In this document: one piece after another, positions 1-9,904 of the stretch
How the letters are laid out: each line of letters starts with the position of its first letter
How positions within the stretch are numbered: position 1 is the first letter of the stretch
Source: Pirellulales bacterium
Lineage (GTDB): Bacteria > Planctomycetota > Planctomycetia > Pirellulales > UBA1268
DNA: 64,000 nt
NCBI GenBank assembly: GCA_044360305.1
Contig: JBIKKQ010000001.1
Coordinates: forward strand, 6,760-70,759
Direction of reading: 5' to 3'
Notes under the pieces: generated by a model
What the model was told of the DNA's origin: nothing
Databases searched by the model: none
What the model saw: the letters and a program-made list of their open reading frames with translations, nothing else
Position numbers and translations under genes: made by a program

Positions 1-623
1 GGCGTGACCATGTCGACCGGCTGGCTGCCGACCGAGTAGGCGGTCCGCATCTGCGTGACCGGCTCGCTGACCGTGTACGCCTGCTCGCGCTCGCTCGTCT
101 CGTAGACCGGCTTGCGGACCGTCTGCACCTGCTGCTGGATGACGGTCTCGACCACCGGCTTCATCACCGTGTACTGCTCCTCGCGGGTCGATGTCTCCAC
201 CACGTCGCGGGCGACGTCGTAACTGCGATCCTCGACCACCGTCTCCCAGACCGGCTTCTGCACCGTGTACCGCTCCTCGCGGGTCTGCGTCTCCCAGACC
301 GGCCGCTGCACCGTGTACCGCCGCTCCTGGGTCTGCGTCTCCCAGACCGGCTTCTGCACCGTGTAGGTCTTCGTGTCGTACACGGTCTCGTAGGACACCC
401 GCTGTTCGGTGACCTGGCGCTCGTCGTAGACGGTCTGGTAGTCGAGCCGGTAGGTCTGCGTGGCCGCGGCCGGGGACGAGACGCAACCGCAGTCGGCGCC
501 GGCCGCGCGGCTGACCGCGACCTGCGGCCCGAGCGACTGCGGCCCAAGCACGAGGGCGGCAGAGAGGAGCGTGTGCAGCCGGCCCGACGTGGCGCGGCGA
601 CGGTGGAGAGCGAGAGGGGCCAT
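1..623 (-). CDS. Secreted YTV-type repeat protein (N-terminal part; C-terminus lies outside the window)
   Basis: Minus-strand ATG at 623, open to position 1; absent from the ORF track because it is open-ended. Hand translation: MAPLALHRRRATSGRLHTLLSAALVLG (signal-like), then degenerate tandem units RRYTVQRPVWETQTREE / RYTVQKPVWETVVED / QYTVMKPVVETV / AYTVSEPVTQM. This matches the YTV repeat known from Rhodopirellula-type proteins. Confidence 0.7.
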   Translation of the reverse strand, partial: MAPLALHRRRATSGRLHTLLSAALVLGPQSLGPQVAVSRAAGADCGCVSSPAAATQTYRLDYQTVYDERQVTEQRVSYETVYDTKTYTVQKPVWETQTQERRYTVQRPVWETQTREERYTVQKPVWETVVEDRSYDVARDVVETSTREEQYTVMKPVVETVIQQQVQTVRKPVYETSEREQAYTVSEPVTQMRTAYSVGSQPVDMVT

Positions 624-691
624 GAATGGGTCTCCTGAAGGCAACCCTTCGAGCGTAATCGGGGATACGCGGGTCACAAGCGGTTTGTTGA

Positions 692-722
692 GGAAAAAAT
701 GGCTTTTTCACCGGAAAAAATG
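692..722. repeat. AT-rich 10-nt direct repeat GGAAAAAATG x2 (692-701, 713-722) around the imperfect palindrome GAAAAAATGGCTTTTTC
   Basis: Read directly. It lies in the ~400 bp divergent intergenic region between the YTV gene and the ECF sigma gene. Repeat starts are 21 nt apart. Confidence 0.5.
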
Positions 723-1029
723 CCTGCCCCGGTGTCACGAACCGCACAAACCGACCAGTTTGCCCCGGCGACCCGCCCGGGCCGGACCGGCGCATTTTGC
801 AAGGCGGCGTTGCAGTTTGCGGCACCACGCCGGCGGTCGCCCGCGGAGACATGACCCTGTTGAATACGCGGGAAAAGCCGGTTTCCTCAGACGCTTTCCT
901 CAGCCGGAATCGCCACCTGCGCGAAACCGGCACGCCGTTCGCACACCGGAATTCACGCCCCACGGCACTGATCCCGCCCGGGGCCCGGCACCCGCAACCA
1001 TGTGGCGGCGGGGCTGGTGCCCGATCCGC

Positions 1030-1683
1030 ATGGAACCCGATGCGGGAGACCTTCGCATGGACACCCCCCTCCGCAATGCCGACTCCGAGCCGACCGACGA
1101 GGATCTGCTGCTGCGGTTTCGCACGGCGGGCGACGCGGCGGCGTTCGAGACGCTGGTCCACCGCTACGAGCAGATGCTGTTCGGCTACCTGCGGCGCCGG
1201 CTGCGGGATTCGGCCCTCGCCGAGGACGTGTTCCAGGCGACGTTCCTCAGGCTCTATCAGAAGCAGGACGCGTTCGATGCCAGCCGCCGGTTCCGCCCCT
1301 GGCTGTTCGCGGTCGCGACCAACCAGGCCATCGACGCGCTGCGGCGTTCGCGGCGGCATCGGGCCGTGGACATCGACCGGCGCGGCTCCGCCGCGGATGG
1401 CCGGCACGCGCTGGCGGAAATGGTCCCCGCACCGGACGACCGCCCCGGGCGGCGGATCGAGGACGAGGAGGAGAACGCCCGGGTGCATGCGGCGCTCGCC
1501 GGCCTGTCCACGGCGCACCGCAGCGTCCTCACGCTCGTCTACGGGCGGGGGGTCAAGTATCGCGAGGCCGCCGTGCTCCTCGGCATCCCGGTGGGCACCG
1601 TGAAGAGCCGGATCCAGGGCGCGCTGCAGGCGCTGCGATCCGGCGGCCGACTGCAACTCCAGACGGCGGTCCTCCGCCCGTAG
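1030..1683 (+). CDS. ECF-type RNA polymerase sigma-70 factor
   Basis: C-terminal ~205 aa of ORF 460..1683: LLLRFRTAGDAAAFETLVHRYEQMLFGYLRRRL...DVFQATFLRLYQK (region 2) and LSTAHRSVLTLVYGRGVKYREAAVLLGIPVGTVKSRIQGA (region 4 HTH). In-frame starts at 1030 (MEPD) or 1057 (MDTPL). The upstream part of the ORF is R/P-rich and non-protein-like. Confidence 0.85.
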   Translation: MEPDAGDLRMDTPLRNADSEPTDEDLLLRFRTAGDAAAFETLVHRYEQMLFGYLRRRLRDSALAEDVFQATFLRLYQKQDAFDASRRFRPWLFAVATNQAIDALRRSRRHRAVDIDRRGSAADGRHALAEMVPAPDDRPGRRIEDEEENARVHAALAGLSTAHRSVLTLVYGRGVKYREAAVLLGIPVGTVKSRIQGALQALRSGGRLQLQTAVLRP

Positions 1684-1695
1684 AGTGCCGCCCCC

Positions 1696-2969
1696 TCAGT
1701 CGGGCCAGCGGTCCGCCGTCTTGTCGCTCGTGCCGGCGAGGCTGCGATGCACCTCGAGGTCGATGTCGTAGGACTGCGACCGGACGCTGCCGTCGGCGAA
1801 GGCGGCGTTCCAGCCTCCCCGATGGGCACTGCCGAACACGTTCGGCCGTGACGCCCCTGCCTGGTCCCGGGCCGGTGGATCGTAGGCCCAGCGGACGTTG
1901 GTGCTCGAGTAGCCGACGAACCACGGCCGGTTGTCCCCCGCATCCCGCCCGGTCGTGTACTGGTCGGCGGCCACGTACTTCTCGCCGATCAGGTAGGTAG
2001 ACGCGAGCCCGTCGCGGAAGTTCTCGAATCGCAGCTTGCTCATCCGATGCATGACCCCGTCCTGCATGTCGGGGATGCCGCCGTCGGCGAGGGCGATCCG
2101 GCCGAGCGGCACGATCCGCCGCCACTGGTTCCCCTGGGACACGGAGGTCGGTTGCGCGGCGATCCGGTCGACGGCATCTCCGCAGGAAAAGCAGGCGCCC
2201 AGGTGATCCCCGTCATGGTTGCCATGCCCCTTGACCGTCGATGCCAACGCCAGGGTCTGTGTCTGGGAATTTTTCGCGTTCCCCGGCGGGCAGTGACGAA
2301 AGGTGACCTTCGTCGTTTTCGGGTCGACGTAGCGGGCGGCCTCATCGAGCACCATCATCGGCGGACAGACGGCGGTCGAGCCGCCGTTGGCCGCGTAGTC
2401 GCTGACCGTGCCCACGGGAATGGTGACGACGGTGTCGAACACCGTCCGGTAGGCGACCGTGGCGCTGAGCGCGATCGACTCCGCGGTCCGCCGCGCCGGG
2501 CAGTTCAGCGCGGCGACGGCCGTGTCGGCGAGCTGGCGGTAGGTTGCCTGCACCGTGGTCGCCGTGACGGCCGTCCCGGGATCCCGGAGTTCGGACACCA
2601 TGTGGGGGTCGCGCTGAACAGCCAGCCCCCCGGCTGCGAGGAATCGCTCGGCAGTGTGCCGCTGCCGAGCCAGTTGGCTCCCCAGCCACCGGACTGCAGA
2701 TAACCGAGGGCCGCCTCGTGCTCGGCGATGGCCCCCGCCAGTTGCCGGACATGGTTTCGGCAGACGTTCATCCGGTTCATTTCCTGGGCCGCCCGCACGG
2801 CGGGCAGCAACAGGGCGACCAAGATGGCGACCACGGCCACGGCCACGAGAAGTTCGACGGCCGTGAATCCCCGCGGCCCGACGCCACCCGACCCGGCCCT
2901 GTCTCCCCGGCCCGCAGCGACGCGGCAATCGACGGAAATCGCTTGCATGACTGTCCCTCCCCGTTGCAT
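1696..2969 (-). pseudogene. DUF1559 protein with prepilin-type N-terminal leader, apparently frameshifted
   Basis: The N-terminus is in the frame of ORF 2505..2969: [30 protein letters not shown]...[10 protein letters not shown]. The rest is in the frame of ORF 1696..2982: [10 protein letters not shown]...ALNCPARR...FGSAHRGGWNAAFADGSVR. The two frames join at a G5 run (2604-2608, C5 on the coding strand). One extra C would restore ...[19 protein letters not shown]. Confidence 0.6.
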
Positions 2970-3179
2970 GTCCCCGGAACAATGCCCGCGCGGCTGGGCT
3001 CCCTGACCCCGAACCAGCCCGCTACCCCTGCACCCGCCGGCACAAGTATACGGCGGAGGAACGTCAAAGGTTCGCTGCCGCCGGAAATTCCCTGTGTTCG
3101 CGGCAGCCGAACGATTTGCCGCCTGATCGAAGAAGGGCCCCCCGCCCTTTGCCCCGGCCGTGCGGCAGCCGCGGGCCGG

Positions 3180-4400
3180 TCAGCCGGCCATCGCCCGACG
3201 CAGGTTGGCGTCGATCGCCCCGAGAAACGCTTCCGTCGTGAGGTGGGGCTGCGACGGGCCGACCAGCAACGCCAGGTCCTTCGTCATCTTTCCCTGTTCG
3301 ACCGTCTCGACGCAGACGCGTTCCAACGTTTCGGCGAACGCGGTCACGGCCGGGGTGCCGTCGAGTTTGCCGCGGTGCGCCAGGCCCCTCGTCCAGGCGA
3401 AGATCGAGGCGATCGGGTTGGTGGAGGTCGGCTTCCCCTGCTGGTGCTGGCGATAGTGCCGGGTGACGGTGCCGTGGGCCGCCTCCGCCTCGACCGTCCG
3501 GCCGTCGGGCGTCAGGAGCACACTCGTCATCAGGCCCAGCGAGCCGAAGCCCTGGGCGACCACGTCGCTCTGCACGTCGCCGTCGTAGTTCTTGCACGCC
3601 CACACATAGCCCCCCTCCCACTTGAGCGCGGAGGCCACCATGTCGTCGATCAGCCGGTGCTCATAGCCGATCCCCTGCGCGGTGAATTCGGCCTTGAACT
3701 CGGCGTCGTAGATCTCCTGGAAGATGTCCTTGAAGCGGCCGTCGTAGGCCTTGAGGATCGTGTTCTTCGTCGACAGGTAGACGGGATAGCGGCGGGCGAG
3801 ACCGTAGCGGAAGCTCGCCCGGGCGAAGTCGCGGATCGAGTCGTCGAGGTTGTACATCGCCAGCGCGACGCCCGGAGACGGGAAGTCGTAGACGCGGAGT
3901 TCCATCGGCGCGCTCCCGTCGGCGGGCGTGAAACTGAGCGTCAGGCTGCCCGGGCCTGGGATCTTCACATCGGTGGCCCGGTACTGGTCGCCGAAGGCGT
4001 GCCGTCCGACGACGATCGGCTTCGTCCAGCCTGGCACCAGCCGGGGGATGTTGCGGATGATGATCGGCTCGCGAAAGATCACGCCGCCGAGGATGTTGCG
4101 GATCGTGCCGTTGGGGCTCTTCCACATCTGCCTGAGGCCGAACTCGCGGACCCGGGCCTCGTCGGGCGTGATCGTGGCGCACTTCACACCGACGCCGCAC
4201 TCGCGGATGGCATTGGCCGCGTCGACAGTCACCCGGTCGGCCGTGGCGTCGCGATTCTGGATGGAGAGGTCGTAATACCGCAGCTCCAGGTCGAGGTAGG
4301 GCAGGATCAACTGGTCCTTGATGAACTGCCAGATGATCCGCGTCATCTCGTCGCCGTCGAGATCGACGACCGGGCCCGCGACCTTGATCCTGCCTGCCAT
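3180..4400 (-). CDS. icd: NADP-dependent isocitrate dehydrogenase (IDH1-like homodimeric type)
   Basis: [62 protein letters not shown]...[34 protein letters not shown] at 4400 is the 47th codon of ORF 3180..4538. Confidence 0.92.
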   Translation of the reverse strand: MAGRIKVAGPVVDLDGDEMTRIIWQFIKDQLILPYLDLELRYYDLSIQNRDATADRVTVDAANAIRECGVGVKCATITPDEARVREFGLRQMWKSPNGTIRNILGGVIFREPIIIRNIPRLVPGWTKPIVVGRHAFGDQYRATDVKIPGPGSLTLSFTPADGSAPMELRVYDFPSPGVALAMYNLDDSIRDFARASFRYGLARRYPVYLSTKNTILKAYDGRFKDIFQEIYDAEFKAEFTAQGIGYEHRLIDDMVASALKWEGGYVWACKNYDGDVQSDVVAQGFGSLGLMTSVLLTPDGRTVEAEAAHGTVTRHYRQHQQGKPTSTNPIASIFAWTRGLAHRGKLDGTPAVTAFAETLERVCVETVEQGKMTKDLALLVGPSQPHLTTEAFLGAIDANLRRAMAG

Positions 4401-4488
4401 GCTTATCCGCTCCTCGTCGAAAAGCCGGCGGGCCGCGGCGTGCGGCCGGGCTCCGGCGGGCGATGTTGTACCAGCCCACGTACCCGGC

Positions 4489-5706
4489 TCACACCCGCGG
4501 CGACGCGGCCAGCGCGCAGAGGCTGTCGGCGGCGGCATCGACCTGCTCGAGCGCGATCCACTCGTCGGCGGTGTGGGCCTGATCGATCGACCCGGGGCCG
4601 AAGACGACGCTCGGCACGCCGGCGGCGGCGAAGATGCTGGCGTTGGTACCGTAGCGGGCGGCCACCCGATGGGCGGCGGCGCCGCGGGCCTTGGCGCCCG
4701 CCGCCAGCGCCTCGATCCACGGCGTCGCCGCGCAGGAGTCGGCCTCCGGCAGTCCCGCGCTCTCCAGGAACGGCTCGTGGTGCACTACCCGGGCATCACC
4801 GCAGGCAGCGGCCACGCGCCTGATCACCTCGTCGCGGGCCGCCGCCGGGCATTCGCCGGGGAGCAGCCGCCGCTCCACCTCGAACAGCACCAGGTCGGGC
4901 ACGAGGTTGACCCCGCTGCCGCCGCGCACCGTGCCGACGTTGAGCGTCGGCGGTCCGCAGGGATGGTCCGGTTCGCGGGCCAGCAGCTCCCGGGCCAGCG
5001 ACTCCAGGGCCACGATGGCGTGGCCGGCGGGATAGATGGCGTTCTCCCCCTGCTCGGGAAACGCGCTGTGGCAGGCCCGGCCGTGGACCGCGATTCGCCA
5101 GCGCACCGCCCCCTTGTGTCGGGTGACGAGGTCGAGCCCGGTCGGCTCCGCCACGACGGCCAGCAGCGGCCGCCCGCCCACCAGCGCCCGAGCCGCCGCG
5201 TCGGTGGCGGGAAACTCCGCCGAGGTCTGCGTCCACAGTCGGGCAAGCGCCTTGGCGCCGGAGAAGCCGAACTCCTCGTTGACCGTGGCCGCGAACACGA
5301 TCGTCGCCCGCCGCGGCCCGGCCGCGGCCCGCAGCCGGTCGATCGCCACGAGCATCGCCGCCATGCCCCCCTTCACGTCGCAGGCGCCGCGGCCGTAGAG
5401 CCGGCCGTCGCGGACCAACGGCACGAACGGGTCCACGGTCATGCCCTCCGCCGGGACGGTGTCCTGGTGGGCGTCCCAGAGGATGACCGGCGCGCCGGGT
5501 TCGGTGGCGTCGAGCCGGGCGACGAGGTTGTCGCGGCCGGGGGCGACCGGCTGCCTGGCCCAGGGAAGACCGGCGGCGCCGAACCGCTGGGCGAGGTAGT
5601 CGGTGACCCGTCCCTCCAGATACTCGGGGCCCGACACGTCCCGGCCCATCGGATTCACGCTCGGACGCCGGACCAAATCGGCGAGCGTGGCGGTGAGTTC
5701 TGTCAT
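4489..5706 (-). CDS. M20 family metallopeptidase (ArgE/DapE/CPG2-like deacylase)
   Basis: [19 protein letters not shown]...[14 protein letters not shown]...[15 protein letters not shown]...[11 protein letters not shown]...[13 protein letters not shown]. Start at 5706 inside ORF 4489..5874. Confidence 0.8.
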   Translation of the reverse strand: MTELTATLADLVRRPSVNPMGRDVSGPEYLEGRVTDYLAQRFGAAGLPWARQPVAPGRDNLVARLDATEPGAPVILWDAHQDTVPAEGMTVDPFVPLVRDGRLYGRGACDVKGGMAAMLVAIDRLRAAAGPRRATIVFAATVNEEFGFSGAKALARLWTQTSAEFPATDAAARALVGGRPLLAVVAEPTGLDLVTRHKGAVRWRIAVHGRACHSAFPEQGENAIYPAGHAIVALESLARELLAREPDHPCGPPTLNVGTVRGGSGVNLVPDLVLFEVERRLLPGECPAAARDEVIRRVAAACGDARVVHHEPFLESAGLPEADSCAATPWIEALAAGAKARGAAAHRVAARYGTNASIFAAAGVPSVVFGPGSIDQAHTADEWIALEQVDAAADSLCALAASPRV

Positions 5707-5803
5707 GTCTGTCACGCTACCAGACGCGGCGACCGCTTTCCCCTCCCCCCGTCGCCGTGCTAGAATTCCTTCGGTTTTCCTCCGCTGTTCCCGTTGGTGG
5801 CCG

Positions 5804-6820
5804 ATGTCGCTCCTCTTTTCGTCCGCGGCCGCTCCGCCAGCTGGCGTCGGTGTCGGCCGGTTTCGTCTCCGCACCCTCCTGTGCCTGACCGTGGCCCTCG
5901 TCGCCGTCGCCTCTCGGACCGGGACGGCCGCAGCCGAAGAGGTCGCCGCAGGCCGCGACCGGGATGCGGCCGCGATCCGGGCCGCCGCCCGCGTCTACCA
6001 GGAAGCGCTCACGCGAGGCGACGGCGCCACGCTGGCCAGCCTGTGGACGGCCGACGGCGACATCGTGGACGAGCAGGGCAACACGCTCGAGGGACGGAAG
6101 TCGGTGTCGCTGATGACGAAGCCCGCCGCGGGCGCGTCCCGGCCCGACCTGCGGATCCGGGAGACGAACCTGCGGTTCCTGACCGACGACGTGGCGATCG
6201 AGGACGGCACCGTCGAGGTCGAGGCACCGGGACTGGCGCGGCCACTCCGCGGCCGGTTCTCCGCGACCTGGGTGCGGCGGCCTGACGGCTGGAAGTTGAC
6301 GGCGGTTCGCGAGGACCGTCTCGATGCTCCCGCCGGCGCCGAGACGCTTCAGGATCTCGACTGGATGGCGGGCGAGTGGACGGTCGTCGAGGATCGGGCC
6401 GGCCGCCCGGCAGGCGATGCTCCGGCGATGGAGGTGACCGTCCGCTGGAACGCCAACCGCACCTTCCTGCTCCGCGACATGAAGATTCCCCTGCCCGGTG
6501 CGGACGACTCCGGCCCGCCGGCTACGCTGAGCGTGACGCAGCGGATCGGCTGGGATCCGCTGTCGCGCCGGCTGCGGTCGTGGGTCTTCAGTTCCGACGG
6601 CAGTCACGGCGAGGCGGTCTGGAGTCGCGACGGCGACTCGTGGGTGGCGCGGACGGCGTCGGTGCTCCCGGACGGCACGCAGACCTCGTCGCTCAACATC
6701 TACACCTTCGACGGCAAGGACCGCTGCATCTGGCGGTCGCTGCCGACACACGTCGGCGGCGAGCACGCGCCGGCCTTCACGATGGTCATGACCCGCAAAC
6801 CGAAGGGAAAAACGCCATGA
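5804..6820 (+). CDS. Secreted protein with DUF4440/SnoaL-like (NTF2-fold) region
   Basis: ATG at 5804 gives a signal-like MSLLFSSAAAPPAGVGVGRFRLRTLLCLTVALVAVASRTGTAAA. It is followed by AAIRAAARVYQEALTRGDGATLASLWTADGDIVDEQG, typical of DUF4440-type domains. Family assignment is from memory only. Confidence 0.55.
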   Translation: MSLLFSSAAAPPAGVGVGRFRLRTLLCLTVALVAVASRTGTAAAEEVAAGRDRDAAAIRAAARVYQEALTRGDGATLASLWTADGDIVDEQGNTLEGRKSVSLMTKPAAGASRPDLRIRETNLRFLTDDVAIEDGTVEVEAPGLARPLRGRFSATWVRRPDGWKLTAVREDRLDAPAGAETLQDLDWMAGEWTVVEDRAGRPAGDAPAMEVTVRWNANRTFLLRDMKIPLPGADDSGPPATLSVTQRIGWDPLSRRLRSWVFSSDGSHGEAVWSRDGDSWVARTASVLPDGTQTSSLNIYTFDGKDRCIWRSLPTHVGGEHAPAFTMVMTRKPKGKTP

Positions 6821-7614
6821 TCGGCGATCGCCTCCTGTTCCGCTGGCTGCTCGTCGTCGCCTCGGTCTGTTCCATCCCGTCCGGCACTGTCCGGGCCGCG
6901 GACCCGGCGCAACCCGCCACCGCGCAGCCCGCCGCGACTCCGGCCCCCGCCGGCTCCGCTCCGGCCGCCGCCGCAGCCGACGACGACGACATCGTGCGGA
7001 AGGCGCAAATCATGAACAGCCAGCGCTGGCGCCGGGCGATCTTCGAACTCGGCGAGTGGCTCTCGTCCCAGCAGATCTACACCCCGGACGACGTTCGGCG
7101 GATCAAGGCCGGCTTCAACCGCCGGGTCGCCGGCATGTCATCGTACGAGCTCGAGTATCTGCTCGACGACCTCGACACGAAGTTCAAGATCCTTGACACG
7201 CCCGAGGCGAAGGACGCCCGCTCGTGGGTCGGCCAGTATCTCTCGGCGATGTCGGACCGGAAGCGGTCCGAGGTGCTCAAGGACGTGCCCGACGTGGTGG
7301 CGATGTCGGCGAGCCAGCTGCAGCGCGAGATCGAGAAGATCGAGCAGACGCGGGCGGCGCTCCAGCAGCGGTCCGCCGCCTTCGACCAGGGCCGGCAGCA
7401 GCTCGTGGACCGGGCCGCCGCGGCCCGGCAGCAGACCGCCGCCGCGTCCACGGCCGCCGCCGCGGCGGCCCAGTCCGGCGTGTCGTATTCCCCGTATCGG
7501 TCGGGCGGTCAGGGAGGGGGCAAGCCGCCGTTCTCCGACGTCCACGGCTCCGGCATGTCGGTCGGCGCCGGCCCCTTCGGCGCCTACGTCAACTTCAACG
7601 TCGGCAACTTCTGA
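6817..7614 (+). CDS. Secreted hypothetical protein with coiled-coil-like region and Ala/Gln-rich tail
   Basis: ATG at 6817 overlaps the previous stop (ATGA). Signal-like MIGDRLLFRWLLVVASVCSIPSGTVRAA. No family recognised. Confidence 0.5.
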   Translation: MIGDRLLFRWLLVVASVCSIPSGTVRAADPAQPATAQPAATPAPAGSAPAAAAADDDDIVRKAQIMNSQRWRRAIFELGEWLSSQQIYTPDDVRRIKAGFNRRVAGMSSYELEYLLDDLDTKFKILDTPEAKDARSWVGQYLSAMSDRKRSEVLKDVPDVVAMSASQLQREIEKIEQTRAALQQRSAAFDQGRQQLVDRAAAARQQTAAASTAAAAAAQSGVSYSPYRSGGQGGGKPPFSDVHGSGMSVGAGPFGAYVNFNVGNF

Positions 7615-7816
7615 GCCTCGTCCGCGGTGGACGAGGTGGCCCGGCTGCCGCTGCGGGTGACCGTGCGGCACGACCGCTGACCGCCGGCGGCCACACCCCG
7701 GCGAGGGGTGAGTCTGGGCAAGCTGGCGGGTGGGGGGGCGAAAACCCCGGCCCATTCCGTCTACCGGCGCCGCCGCCGACCCGGTATCGTCCCGCCGGTC
7801 ATCCCCGAGGATCGGC

Positions 7817-8848
7817 ATGCACCTGCGGCTCTTTTCCGACACCGACGCCCCTCCACGCATCGACCCGCTGCCGCCCGGCACCGCGCGGCCGCGGGTGTCG
7901 GTGATGCTGCCGACCCGCGAGCCGGACGAGAAGCTCTGCCACGCGCTGCGCACCGTGCTCGTCCAGGCGCCCGATCCCGACGCCATGCAGATCGCCGTCG
8001 TCGACGACGCCTCCCCGCCGGGGCTCGCGCGGCGGCTCGTCCGGGCGGTCGATACCGAGGGCCGGGTCGAGGTCGTGGAGTGCGACACGCGGCTCGGCCT
8101 CGCCGGCAACTGGAACCGGGCGATCGGACTCGCCCGCGGCCACGTCGTCCACCTGCTGCACCAGGACGACTTCGTGCTCCCGGGATTCTACGAGCGGATC
8201 CTGCGCGGCTTCGGCTCTGGAGCGGGCATCGGCATGGCGTTCACCCGTGCGCAGATCATCGACGAGCGGCTGCGGAGGGTAAAACGTGCGTCGCGGATCC
8301 GCTGGTTTCCGGGCGTGATCGCGGACTGGCTGCCGCGGATCGCCGAGCGACAGCGGATCCAGACGCCGGCCGCCGTGGTCGCCCGGGACACCTACGAGAC
8401 GCTGGGCGGCTTCCGGCCCACGCTGCGGCAGGCGCTCGACTGGGAAATGTGGGTACGGATCGCCGCCCGGTTTCCGGTCTGGTACGACCCGCACTCCCTC
8501 GCGGTCTACCGCAGGCATCAGGGCAACGAATCGTCACGGCTGTTCCGCACCGGCCAGCTGTGGCCCGACATCGCCCTCGCCATCGGCATCAACGCCGAAG
8601 CCCTGCCCGCAGACTTGCGCGACCGGGCCACCGAGGCCAGTGTCCGCTGGCACGCCGCCTCGGCGCTGCGCACCGTCGAACGGCTGCTGGCCGCCGGTGA
8701 GGCAGAGAAGGCGGCGGAAACGCTCGCCCAGATACCGGGCCTGCTGCGGCTGCTCGGCGACCGGCCGCTGCGGAGCGGCCGCGCCGTCCAGCGCCGCCTG
8801 ACGGCCTTGCGAACGCGGGTTGCCGGTGCCGGCCGGCGCGTGGCCTGA
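7817..8848 (+). CDS. Family 2 glycosyltransferase
   Basis: RVSVMLPTREPDEKLCHALRTVLVQ...IAVVDDASPPG...GLAGNWNRAIGLARGHVVHLLHQDDFVLPGFY. This is the GT-A DxD-type pattern. Start chosen at MHLRLF (7817) within ORF 7730..8848. Confidence 0.8.
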   Translation: MHLRLFSDTDAPPRIDPLPPGTARPRVSVMLPTREPDEKLCHALRTVLVQAPDPDAMQIAVVDDASPPGLARRLVRAVDTEGRVEVVECDTRLGLAGNWNRAIGLARGHVVHLLHQDDFVLPGFYERILRGFGSGAGIGMAFTRAQIIDERLRRVKRASRIRWFPGVIADWLPRIAERQRIQTPAAVVARDTYETLGGFRPTLRQALDWEMWVRIAARFPVWYDPHSLAVYRRHQGNESSRLFRTGQLWPDIALAIGINAEALPADLRDRATEASVRWHAASALRTVERLLAAGEAEKAAETLAQIPGLLRLLGDRPLRSGRAVQRRLTALRTRVAGAGRRVA

Positions 8849-9755
8849 GTCCCTGCACGTGGATCCCACCATGCCCAGCGCCGCCGCCCAGCCGCCGTCG
8901 GTGCCGCCGCGGCGGGCCGTCGTCTACGCCCACTTCGATCCGCAGGGCCGCTTCGATCCGCACGTCGAGCGGGCCCTCGCCCGCTGGCGCACGGTCGCCG
9001 ACCGGCTCGTGCTCGTGTCCGCCGGCGGCGGCCCGCTCCCCGCGACCGTCAGCGGCCTCGTCGATCGCTGCATCCTCCGGGCGAACGACGGCTATGACTT
9101 CTGCAGTTGGAAGGCGGGCCTCGAGACCCTCGAAGCCGGCCTCCACGACGAGGTCGTGTGCGTCAACGACAGTGTCTACGGACCGCTCACCGACCCGGCC
9201 GCGCTGTTCGCGGACCCACGAGTCACCGAGGCCGATCTCTGGGGCATGGTGCTGTCCGAACAACCGCCGACAGGCCGCGGCACCCGTCGCCCCCACCTCC
9301 AGTCCTGGTTCTTCGCCATGCGCCGGCCGTTCCTCGAGTCCGCCACCTGCGCCGAGTTCTGGCGGCAGGTCGTGCCCCTGCCCGACAAGGCCGAGATCAT
9401 CGAACGCTACGAGATCGGGATCAGCGAACGGGCCCTGGCCGCCGGCTTCCGCGTGGCCGCGCTGTACGACGCCCGGCACGCCGGACGGCTCTCGATCGGC
9501 GAGATCCTCCCCCACCTCTCGCTGGCCTCGCCCCGCCGGGCGTGGCGGCTCGTGAAAAAGTGCCGCCGCGCGACGCACAACCCCAGCGAACTCGTCTGGT
9601 GGCGGCTGCTCGCCGCCGGCGTGCCGTTCGTGAAGGTCGGCCTGTTCCGGGTCAATCACTACGGCCTCGCACTCCGGCGGCTGGAAGAGGAACTGCTGCG
9701 CCGGCATCCCGATCACTGGCACCTGATCCGCGGTCATCTGGCCCGCTGCGGCTGA
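8820..9755 (+). CDS. Rhamnan-synthesis protein F (RgpF)-like polysaccharide biosynthesis protein
   Basis: VVYAHFDPQGRFDPHVERAL...NDGYDFCSWKAGLE...VNDSVYGPL...HLQSWFFAMRRPF...NPSELVWWRLLAAGVPFVKV. Alternative start at 8871. Confidence 0.65.
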   Translation: MPVPAGAWPESLHVDPTMPSAAAQPPSVPPRRAVVYAHFDPQGRFDPHVERALARWRTVADRLVLVSAGGGPLPATVSGLVDRCILRANDGYDFCSWKAGLETLEAGLHDEVVCVNDSVYGPLTDPAALFADPRVTEADLWGMVLSEQPPTGRGTRRPHLQSWFFAMRRPFLESATCAEFWRQVVPLPDKAEIIERYEIGISERALAAGFRVAALYDARHAGRLSIGEILPHLSLASPRRAWRLVKKCRRATHNPSELVWWRLLAAGVPFVKVGLFRVNHYGLALRRLEEELLRRHPDHWHLIRGHLARCG

Positions 9756-9864
9756 ACGCCGGCGGCTCCGGGACCGGGGCATCCCCGGTTCTGACCGGGA
9801 AAAAACCGGCCCGACTCGTCGCCCGGGGCCTTCCTCTGTATAAAGGTGTCGGTTGTGACGATTG

Positions 9865-9896
9865 GCCGGTGGCCCACCATGGGCGCCGGCTTTTTT
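9865..9896 (+). terminator. Intrinsic-terminator-like hairpin followed by T6
   Basis: GCCGGTGGCC (9865-9874) pairs with GGGCGCCGGC (9881-9890), with one G.U pair and one mismatch. TTTTTT follows at 9891-9896, downstream of the GT2/RgpF pair. Confidence 0.45.
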
Positions 9897-9904
9897 CGGA
9901 GCCA

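Noticed and set aside
698-853. 51-codon ORF MAFSPEKMPAPVSRTAQ... with an AGGA-N5-ATG context
   Set aside because: It is too short, has no recognisable features, and lies in a probable promoter region. The SD-like context arises from the A-tract repeat.
460-1029. N-terminal 190 codons of ORF 460..1683, which would give a 407-aa sigma factor
   Set aside because: The upstream part is R/P/H-rich and overlaps the YTV gene start region. ECF sigma homology begins only after the ATGs at 1030 and 1057.
2718-4823. 701-aa plus-strand ORF. Similar cases are 37599..40331 (910 aa), 40331..42007 (558 aa), 52412..54637 (741 aa), 52479..54773 (764 aa), 38161..39897 (578 aa) and 34378..36387 (669 aa).
   Set aside because: Each lies opposite to, or out of frame with, a gene with clear family signatures (icd, lpxB/M50, MFS, ABC exporter, giant hydrolase) and shows low-complexity R/G/P/D composition.
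8815-8835. CGGGTTGCCGGTGCCG near the GT2 gene end, resembling one arm of the nuoD-nuoE inverted repeat (14/15 match)
   Set aside because: It is a single occurrence inside coding sequence with no inverted partner. A short GC-rich match is expected by chance at this base composition.
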